From assembly GCF_009914755.1 (NCBI RefSeq), contig NC_060942.1: a stretch of 64,000 nt of DNA. One strand, 5' to 3'. This DNA is from the human T2T-CHM13v2.0 reference genome, Homo sapiens. The position numbers and the translations under genes were made by a program. The notes under the pieces were generated by a model that worked only from the letters and a program-made list of their open reading frames with translations, was not told the origin of the DNA and made no database searches. This document shows positions 29,101-38,698 of this stretch, one piece after another. Each line of letters begins with the position of its first letter. The stretch's first letter is position 1.

Positions 29101-29934
29101 GGTTGCCCAGTTCTCCAAAGGAGCTCAGCATTGAAATCAAATAATCAATGTTGAATTTTACATCTCAACTCTCCCAATGCCCAATTTACTCAAATGGAGC
29201 AAATATGACATTTTTAAAAAGTACATCAACATTTCAAGTCCACCAGGGCTGAATACATCATTTGTGCAGTGCAGTGCATAATTCCTTGGCGGCATGAAAA
29301 AGTTAATACTCCTAAAAAGGTGCCCAACAGTCATTGGGAGGAATTTGAATTGAGTAAGATTTCAGTTGTATCATCTTATTGAGCGATGGCCTTTTAGGTT
29401 TAATAATTACAAAATTAAAAATAGGGGTCAGTATTTCATGGCATCTCATCTAATGTTAAAAACCATCTCCAGGACTCTTAGATCTGTGTCAAATTCATGC
29501 CGCACCCTGCAGGGGAATGGAGTGCAAATTTGTTTCAGTTGAATCAATTGAAACTTCCCATGGAAAATCTTCAACCAAGTAAAATGAAAGACTGAACAAT
29601 TTACCTTCAAGTTAAAAAAATACATTTTTGAAACTTTTTGTAATGTTAAGTCATATGAGTCCCAGTAATAAGTAAAAATTATACTCTATAAATCTTTTCC
29701 TTTCTTTTTCTCTATTAGACTCCTCGACTCTATCGTTACCTCAAGTTTGCATTTTACGTCCCTTACTCCCCAGCAAAGATACTACAGGCAAGATTAATCT
29801 GATATATTCATTCATAAAATTAGTCTTTTTTTAGTACACTAGAGTGTGTAATTCTCCATTCATATCTACCCTATTGTTCAAATTAGTCATCCTGAAATTT
29901 TAAAGTACCAATATACTTGGCAAATATAATTCTA

Positions 29935-31290
29935 TTTTTTCCAGTGTTATTGAGGTACACTTGACAAAAATTATATATGTTGGGAGTACAGCGTGGTGTT
30001 ATTTTTACAGCTTTATTGAGGTATCGTTGATGTATAAGAAACAACACATATTTAATATATACCATTTGATGAATTTAGACAAGCATACACCAGCCACCCA
30101 CTCCTTTTTATTGAGGTGCGGATTCTGCTTTTTTAAATAATTTCAACTTTTATTTTTGGTTTTGATTTGCATTTCTCTGATGATTAGTGATGCTGAGCAT
30201 TGTTCATATGCTTGTTAGTCTCTTGTAGGTCTTCAGGGGTATGTGTTCAGATTTATTACATGGATATACTACATGATGCTGAGGTTTGTGGTACAAATGA
30301 CCCCATCACCGAAGTAGTGAGCATAGTAGCCAATATTTAGTTTTTCAACACTTGACCACCTCCTTTCTGTGCATGAGTACCAAATGATTAGCTCCCATTT
30401 ATAAATAAGAACATTTGGTATTTGGTTTTCTGTTCCTACATTAGTTTGCTTGGGGTGATGGCCTCCAGCTACATCCAAGTTGCTGCAAAGGACATGATTT
30501 CTTTCCTTTTTATGGCCACATAATATTCCATGGTGTACATGTACCACATTTTCTTTATCTAATCCACCGTTGATGGGCACATAGGTTGATTCCATGTCTT
30601 TGCTATCGTGAATAATGTTGCAATGAAGGTACAAGTGTGTGTGTCTTTTTGATAGAACAATTTATTTTGTTTTGGATATATATCCATTTGCTGGGTCAAA
30701 TGGTAGCTCTGTTTTTAAGTCCTTTGAGAAATCTCTAAACTACATTTCAAGTGGTTGAACTAATTTACATTCCCACCAGTTACATATAAGTGTTCCCTTT
30801 TCTCTGAAACCTTGCCGGCATCTGTTATTTTCTGACTTTATAATAATCGCCATTCTGACTGGTATGACATAGTATCACCTTGTTTTGATTTGCATTTTGC
30901 TGATGGTTAATAATGTTGAGCATTTTTTCACGTTTGTTGGCTGCTTGTATGCCTTCTTTTGAGAAGTGTCTGTTCATATCCTTTGCCCACTTTTTAATGG
31001 AGTTATTTGTTTTTTGCTTATTGAATTATTTAAGTTCCTTATAGATAGAGATGCATTGTAATGCACTTACGACAACCAAGCTAATTACCATATCCCTCAT
31101 CTCATGTAATGGTTACTTTTGCATATGTGTGATGAGAACAGTTAGAGATGAGCAAATTTCAAGTGCACAGTAGAATATTATTAACTATAGTCACCATGCT
31201 GTACATTAGACTTCCTGAAGCTACTTATCCTGCATAATTGTGGCTTTGTACCTTTTGACCATCATCTTTCTATTTACCCCACCCTCAAGC
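29935..31290 (-). mobile_element. Nested L1 3' ends: L1MA-type host (29935-30000, ~31050-31290), L1MB-like fragment, and L1PA16/L1PB insertion (~30130-31045)
   Basis: ttattgaggtacacttgacaaaaatt L1MA tail; catgatgctgaggtttgtggtacaaatgaccccatcacc L1PB-type 3'UTR; ORF 30269-30634 is off-frame L1 3' sequence. Confidence 0.8.
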
Positions 31291-31299
31291 TTCTGGGCT

Positions 31300-31810
31300 G
31301 GGACTGAAGATAATTTTAATCTTGATACTTCTATCATTATCCATGGCCAAGATGGAAAACTTGAGACAAGTTTCTTCCAAACTAGAGTTCCCTGACCTCC
31401 CTTAGAGCATTTACTTTAGAACATTTGGGATTGTAAATTATTTCTATTGTCCTTTTTATGTAAATCTTCTACAAACAAGAAATATCTTTCTCAAGGACCT
31501 AGGAATTATGTTTTTGAAATGTGATAATTACAATCATCATCTGAGGAGATAGTTCCTCTATTTCCCAATCTCTGTGGAAGACGGAAGCCTAAAGTCAATA
31601 ATCAAGCAATAGTTGGCAAACACAGATGGCCTAATTGCTTTTACCAACCTCTCCTCAATATCGTTCAGTACATTTCCATTGGCTCACACCTGTATTTAAA
31701 AATCCTCTCTCTTTTTATTTCAGCAAGATTGAGTTCCCTCTACTTTCTTGCAATAGCCCGAAAATCTTCTTCAGATATTTCTTGCAAGTGTCTAATGCAT
31801 TTTTTGAAAT
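31300..31810 (+). mobile_element. MER34/MER39-like ERV1 LTR
   Basis: agagcatttactttagaa...tttctcaaggacctaggaa...ggcaaacacagatggcctaat...tttcagcaagattgagtt. Confidence 0.65.
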
Positions 31811-32279
31811 AAATTGGTAAGCTTATTTGATTTACTCAATTTTTTAAGTGATTATAAATCTATTATAATTTTTATTTATTTCTGAATCAGTTTGCATTAG
31901 TTATAGTATTGCTGGTAGAAAATTGTCTATTGTAACTTTAAAGTAACAACACAAGCAGGTCTATGTAGACTTGTTATGTGACAACCAGCTAACTACACAT
32001 GACAAGATCAAGTCCTGAAATAACAATATTAACGTTAAATATAAATGGACTAGGCACCCCACACAAAAGGCACAGAGTGACAACATAAATAAAAAGCAAG
32101 ACCTAACTGTGTACTGTTTTCAAGAGACCCATATCACAATTCAATGACACCCATAGGCTTAAGGTAAAGGAATAGAGAAAGATATATCAAACAAACAAAC
32201 AAAAAAAAGAGCAAGTGGGTTGCTATTCTCATTTCAGACAAAGCAGACTTTAAACCAACAACAATCAAAAAGGACAAAG

Positions 32280-32513
32280 TCCCCAGAGTGTGATGTTCCC
32301 CTTCCTGTGCAGGAAGGGGAACATCACACTCTGGGGACTGTTGTGGGGTGGGGGGAGGGTGGAGGGATAGCATTAGGAGATATACCTAATGCTAAATGAC
32401 GAGTTAATGGGTACAGCACACCAGCATGGCACATGTATACATATGTAACTAACCTGCACATTGTGCACATGTACGCTAAAACTTAAAGTATAATAATAAA
32501 AAATAAATAAAAA
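32280..32513 (+). mobile_element. Young 5'-truncated L1PA2-4 3'UTR with 5' inverted duplication
   Basis: caggaaggggaacatcacactctggggactgttgtggggtgggggg...gtaactaacctgcacattgtgcacatgtacgctaaaacttaaagtataataat, very close to the young L1PA 3'UTR. Confidence 0.93.
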
Positions 32514-32977
32514 TTAGAATTGTAAAAAAAAGAAATAAAATAAAATAAAATAAAATAAAAATAAAAATCATAGAGAAAAAAACATTACTTGTAATTACTT
32601 GTAAACCATTACTTGTAATTACTTGTAAACCAAGGAAGATTTACTCAACATGTTGGGAAACATAATTCCTAACACCTTGCAATACATAACGTATGTAATT
32701 TTTAATGGGTTTAATCTAAATGCTGTATTTTAATATACATAGTTCATTCAAAAACATTTCATAGCAAACTTTTCTTGTCAATAAATATAAAAATACAAAA
32801 AAAAAATCTCCCACTGTTAACTTTTAGAGTACATTTAAGCTCTTAACTTAATGTTGTTCTGTGACAATTCAAATAACAAAATATTCTTTATGACAGATTT
32901 TTTTTCATGCTTGTAAGGCTATTTTGCAGTGCTAAAATAAACATAGAAGGTGCATTCTAAAAAAAAAAAAAAAAAAA
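32514..32977 (+). other. L1 3'-transduced segment with poly(A) signal and tail
   Basis: Non-L1 sequence between the L1 tail and a 19-nt poly(A) (32959-32977); AATAAA at 32936-32941; whole unit enclosed by TSD aaaaaggacaaag/aaaaagaacaaag. Confidence 0.85.
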
Positions 32978-33714
32978 GAACAAAGAAGGGCATTTAGTAA
33001 GAAGACTTAAGTATCATAAATACATATTCACCCAGCTAGAGCACCCAGATTCATAAAACAAGTTCTTAGAGGCCTACAAAGGCGACTTACATAGCCACAC
33101 AACAATAGTGGGAGACTTCAACAGAACAGTATTAGACACATCATAGAGTGGAAAACTAAGAAAGATATTTGGGATCCAAGCTCAACACTTGACCAAATGG
33201 ACCTAATAGGAATCTACAGAACACCATCCAACAACAACAGAATATACATTTTTCTCATCAACACATGAATATACATTTTTCTCATCTGCACACTCTAAAA
33301 TTGACCGCACACTCAGCCATAAAGCACTTTTCAAAAAATTTTAAAAAACTGAGATTATACCAACCACACTCTCAAACCACACTGCAATGAAAATAGAAAT
33401 CAATATGGAAAAGATATCTTAAAATCAAACAATTCCATGGAAATTAATCAACTTGCTCCTGAATAACTTTTGAGTAAAGAATGAAATTGAGGCAGAAATC
33501 AAGAAATTCTTTGAAACTGACGAAAACAAAGATAAAACATACCAGAATCTCTGGCAAACAGTTAAAGCAGTAGTAAGAGGAAAGTTTATAGGTAGCACTA
33601 AACACCCACATCAGAAAGTTAGAAAGATCTCAAATTAACAACCTAATATCACACCTAGAGGAACTAGGAAAACAAGAGCAAACCAACCCCAAAGCTAGCA
33701 GACAAGAAATAATT

Positions 33715-34735
33715 CTGATCACTCCCTGGGATGGAGCCATTTGGGGGAGGGGTGGCCATTGCATCTGCAGTTCAGCCAACACCCTTTCCTGCCTTCTGGC
33801 TCTGGAAAGTCCCAGAGGTCTGAATGCGGGAGATTGTCCCCAGCACGGTACACCTACTCTGCCAAGGGGCAGCCAGACCGCTTCCTTAAGCAGGTCCCTG
33901 ATCCTGTTGCTCCTAACTGGGTGAGATCTCCCAATAAGCGTCTCCATACACATCCTACAGGAGCATTTGGGCCGGCATCAGGTCAGTGCCCTCCTGGAAC
34001 AGAGCTCCCAGAGGAAGGAGCAGGCCGCCATGTTTGCTGTTTTGCAGCCATCACTGGTGATACTTGTAGGTGCGGGAGGGTCCGAGGCAGCTAGGGTCCG
34101 CAGTAGACCGCCAGCAAACCACAGCAGACCTGTGGAAGAGGGGCCGGACTGTTAAATGAAAAACAAACACAAAGGAGCAACAACAACAGCATCAGCAGCA
34201 ACAACAACAGCATCAACAACAACAAAAAAGACCCCGCTAAAACCCCATTCAAAGGTCAGCAACCTCAAAGATCGAAGGTAGGTAAGCCCACAAGATGAGA
34301 AGTAATCCTCGCAAAAAAGCTGAAAACTCAAAAAGCCAGAGTGTCTTTTCTCCTCCAAATGATTGCAACACTTCTCCAGCAAGGGCACAGAACTTGGCGG
34401 AGGCTGAGATGGATGAAATGACAGAAGTAGGCTTCCGAAGGTGGGTAATAACGAACTTCACTGAGCTGAAAGAACATGTTTTAACCCAATGCAAGGAAGC
34501 TAAGAATTATGAGAAAACATTACAGGAGCTGATAACCAGAAGAGCCATTTTGGAAAGGAACATAAATGACCTGACAGAGCTGAAAAACACAACACAAAAA
34601 CTTCACAATGCAATCACAAGTAGCAACAGCTGGATAGACCAAGTGGAGGAAAGAATCTCAGAGCGTGAAGACTATCTTTCTGAAATAAGACAGAGAGGAA
34701 TAGAGAAAAAAAGAATGAAAAGGAATGAGCAAAAC
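33715..34735 (+). mobile_element. L1PA8-13-type 5'UTR (3' part) plus ORF1 N-terminal half
   Basis: GC-richer 5'UTR (gggtccctgatcctg, acagagctcccagaggaagg) leading into ORF1 ATG at 34295. Confidence 0.88.
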
Positions 34736-34822
34736 ACTGTGGCAATTTCTCAAAGACCTAAAAACAGAACTACCATTCAACCAAGCAATCCCATTACTGA
34801 GTATATACTCAAAGGAATATAA
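34295..34822 (+). pseudogene. L1 ORF1p N-terminal/coiled-coil remnant (147 codons open, then 28 off-frame codons)
   Basis: MRSNPRKKAENSKSQS...EMDEMTEVGFRRWVITNFTELKEHV...IDQVEERISE...KRMKRNEQ matches the primate L1 ORF1p N-terminus. Confidence 0.85.
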
Positions 34823-35632
34823 ATCATTTTACCATAAAAACAAAGGCACACACATGCTCACCACAGCCCTATTCACAATAGCAAAGAAATGAAATTAATA
34901 AGCCGGATGCGGTGACTCACGCCTGTAATCCCAGCACTTTGGGAGGTCTAGGCGGGTGGATTGCCTGAGCTCAGAAGTTCGAGACCAGCCTGGGCAACAC
35001 GGTGAAACCCTTTCTCTAATAAAATACAAAAAATTAGCTGGACTTAGTGGCGCATGCTTGTAGTCCTAGCTACTTGGGAGGCTGAGGCAAGAGAATTTCT
35101 AGAACCTCAGAGGTGGAGGTTGCAGTGAGCCGAGATCATGCCACTGCACTCCAGCCTGGGTGACAGAGCAAAACTCCATCTCAAAAAAAAAAAAGGAATT
35201 AATATAGATACCCATCAATGGTGTACTGGAGAAAGAAAATGTGGAACATAGATATCACAGAATACCATGCAGCCATAGAAAAGAGTGAAATAATGTCCTT
35301 TGTAGCAACATGAATACAGCTGGAGGCCATTATCCTCAGTAAATTAACGTAGGAACAGAAAACCACATACTGCATGTTCTCGCTTATAAGTGGGAAATAA
35401 ACATCGAGTACACATGGACACAAAGAAGAGAACCACAGACACTGGGGCCTAGTTGAAGGTGGAGGGCAGGAGGAGAGTGAGGACCAAGAAACTACTTATT
35501 GGGTAATATACTCATTACTTAGGGGGTGAAATAATCTGCACAGTAAGCCCCGAGACATGCAATTTACCCATGTAACTAACCTGCACATGTACCTCCTGAA
35601 CCTACAATAAAAGTTGGAAAGGAAAAAAAGAA
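34736..35632 (+). mobile_element. L1PA15/16-L1PB ORF2 end + 3'UTR, split by Alu
   Basis: ctgtggcaatttctcaaagacctaaaaacagaactaccattcaacc...aacctgcacatgtacctcctgaacctacaataaaag. Confidence 0.85.
34901..35194 (+). mobile_element. AluS
   Basis: Full dimer with A tail; TSD core aattaata on both sides. Confidence 0.93.
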
Positions 35633-35669
35633 AATTGTCTATTGCAAATTGTCCACTGCCTCCAATTGG

Positions 35670-36460
35670 ACAATTATCATACCACAAAGATACCTCTGCA
35701 CCTATATGTTTATTACTATCCACAATAGCAAAAATATGAAATCAAATGAAGTGTCCATCAAGAGAGGATTGGATAAAGAACATGCAATACATAGGTCAGG
35801 CATGGTGGCTCATGCCTGTAATCTCAGCACTTTGGGAGGCCAAGGTGGTTAGATCATTTGAGGCCATGGGTTCAAGCCCAAACTCACCAACATGACAAAA
35901 CCCCATCTCCACCAAAAATGCAAAAATTGGCAGGGCCTCATGGCTCATGCCTGTAGTCCCAGCTATTTGGGAGGCTGAGGTACAAGAATCACTTGGATCT
36001 GGGAGGTGGAGGTTTCAGTGAACTGAGATAGGACCACTGCACTCTAGCCTGGGTGATAGAAGGAGACTCTGTCTCAGGGGGAAAAAAAAGAAAATGTGGC
36101 ATATATACATACATACATATGTATGGAATAAAAAATACAATGCAGTCATGTCTTTGGCAGCAACATGGATATAATTGGAGGCCATTATCTTAAGTGAAAT
36201 AACCCAGTTTACCACATGTTGTCACTTATAAGCAGGAGCTAAATAATGTGTACACATGGACATAGATTGTGGAATAATAGACACTGGAGACTTGGTAGGG
36301 TGGAAGGGTGGGAGGGGGTGAGGGATAAGAAATTACTTGAAAGGTACAATGTACACTGTTTGGGTGATGGCTACTCTAAAAGCCCAGACTTTGCTGCTAT
36401 GCAATGTACCTATCTAATAAAACTTCACTTGTACCATCCTATTTATTTATATAAATTGCA
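35670..36460 (+). mobile_element. L1MA/L1PB4-type 3' end, split by AluJ
   Basis: gggagggggtgagggataagaaattactt...gggtgatggctactctaaaagcccagact. Confidence 0.8.
35794..36090 (+). mobile_element. AluJ
   Basis: Diverged Alu dimer; degenerate TSD aaagaacatgcaatacata/aaagaaaatgtggcatata. Confidence 0.9.
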
Positions 36461-37823
36461 AATGTAAGGATGCTTTTTTAATAAAAGGATATATGTATGT
36501 ATAGGTATATATATATATATATATGAAGTTACATAGTGATACTTTAGTATCTAGAATTAAAGTATAGTACATATCATCAGGTTGACTTTAATACAAAATT
36601 TAATGTAATTTAATAAATATAAAATTGTAAATTTAAACATATTTGGAAATCAGAAAACAGTCCGTTGTTAAATCTAATGACTATTCAAAAACAAGGATGA
36701 CTACTCTTGTTATATCATATTTTCTTAAAAATAAGAGTGTACATAAAGACATCTGTCTGGGATATCAGAAGTATTGGCCATACATCTAATTGACATCAAC
36801 ACAGTTATTCTGGCATATGATTATTATAAGTTATTTCTTGTAATTTTTGTAATAGATCTGAAGCTTTATAGACTCTACAGTAACTAGTATATAAAGTCTG
36901 TAATAGTCAAGCACATACAATAGATGTAAACAAACACATATTAGAAAGACTAAATGGATGTCCCTTAGAGATTTTTTAATACAAGTAATGTTTCCTGGAA
37001 CTGTCTTGAAAAAAAGATTCTTAACACATTTACCATGACCGGGTGGTTTAAAGAAGCACTAGTAGTAAAGGGCAAACAAAGTGCCTTTTCTCTTCTAACT
37101 AAATATTAAATTAGCTTCACTTCAGTGTTGCTCTGTTGCGACATACATTACAGAATACAGAGCTAATTGCTTTAGTGTTTCAGCCCTCCAAGCAGTACAG
37201 ATGTTATGCAAATGGTTTAGTGCTTATTTTCAGAAAGTAAACAATTGTGGTAAATTTTGCAAGGGTATTTTTTTTTTTGCATTAGCACTAAACTTTCTAA
37301 AATTGTTGCTAGCTGCAATGTTAGTGCCTAAATAAATTGAAACTTTTGTGCAGCAAAAACTTGTCAGATGTGAAAGTATAATGGATTTTTTCTAATTGTA
37401 AAACTTCATTACATTAAAAAACAAAATGGAGTTAAACAGAACAATTAGTATTAAGTTAGCTCCATAATTTGATGAAACATATTATTGCTATCCACAGACA
37501 ACAAGAATTTGTCAGGTGTGTCTGCAATAACTATAAAATAAAAACAAGTTTATTTCTTCACATAAAACTTGCATTTTAGTAATCATTTAAAAACTTTCAT
37601 AGTTCAACACTTGTTTTGTATCGAAAACCAAGATAAATTAGGGAAAATGCTATTAATTACAAATGTCCACAAATATTTTTGAAATTTGGTATCTAACTAA
37701 TATGTAATCATTTGGAAATACTTATCGATGTGGCTTAGAAATAAGAATCTTAATAATTTATAAGTATTCCTACTATAGGAGGACAGGGTGTAGATAATTC
37801 CTGATTATGTGGATTTGTGAAAA

Positions 37824-38698
37824 TGTGTATTTATTTTCTATTGCTGCAGTAACAATTAAACACAAATTTTGACTCTCAAAATTACACAAATGTATTTGTT
37901 TACAGTTCTGTAGATCAAAAGTCTGAAAATCAAGGGGTAAATAGGGCTGTGTTTCATCTGGAGGTGCTGGAGCAGAATCTGTTTCTTTGTCTTTTCCAGC
38001 TTTTGAGACTACCTGCTTTCCTTGGCTCCTGGCCTATTTCTATATCTTCTAAGCCAGCAAAAACATTTTCAATTTTCTCTCTCTTTCTCTCTCTTGTCTC
38101 CACTATAACATCTCCTTTTCTGACTCTGACTATCCTGCTTTATCCATTTTCTTATAAATTACTTTATGGTTATACTGAGCACATTCAGGTAACCCAGGAT
38201 AACCTCTCTCATTTTAAGGCCCAATTTAATCACATGTGCAGTGTCCTTTAGGCTATGTTTAGTGGGTTGAATAGCATTCCCAGAAGGCATGCCTACTGGA
38301 GCCTCAGAATGTGACCTTATTTGGAATAAATGTCTTTGAAGATGTAGTTAAAGATCATAGAATGAGAGCCTTGTGAATTAGAGTGGGCTCTAAATCTAAT
38401 GAGGAGTGTCCTTATAAGAGACAGAAAAAAAATTATACACTGATGCGCAATAGAAGATGGAGGTGGATTCTCCGTCTGAGCCTCCAGAAGGAATCAACCC
38501 TGTTCAAGACCTTGATTTCATGCTTCTGGCCTCCCTAACTATTAATATAAGTTACATTTCTTTTGTGTAAAGCCATCCATTTTATGGTAATAGGTTATAG
38601 AAGCCCTAGAAAAATAATACATCATTTAAAGCAGCACATTACAAGATTTGGAGATTCTAGGATGTGGATCTTTGAGGGGAACTATTCCATTTATAACA
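37824..38698 (-). mobile_element. MLT1D/E-like LTR, interrupted by a second MLT1
   Basis: tgtgtatttattttctattgctgcagtaac...acagttctgtagatcaaaagtctgaaa; resumes ggagattctaggatgtggatctttgagggg. Confidence 0.75.
38256..38621 (+). mobile_element. MLT1B/C-like LTR nested in opposite orientation
   Basis: tgtttagtgggttgaatagcattccc...cagaatgtgaccttatttggaa...gccctagaaaaataataca. Confidence 0.8.

Larger units (their letters stand above)
31950..33714 (+). mobile_element. Older L1 (L1P4/L1PB-type) ORF2 endonuclease region, host of a young L1 insertion
   Basis: ataacaatattaacgttaaatataaatggact...caagagacccatatcac...atagtgggagacttcaac...gaccaaatggacctaataggaatctacaga (EN motifs LNVNGL, LQETH, VGDFN degraded). 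Confidence 0.9.

Noticed and set aside
33240-33292. 27-bp-period direct repeat gaatatacatttttctcatc
   Set aside because: Small slippage duplication in dead L1 ORF2; no sign of function
34177-34225. CAA/CAG-rich tract resembling polyQ coding
   Set aside because: Lies in the L1 5'UTR upstream of the ORF1 ATG; a local expansion of the normal aacaacagcatcaac motif
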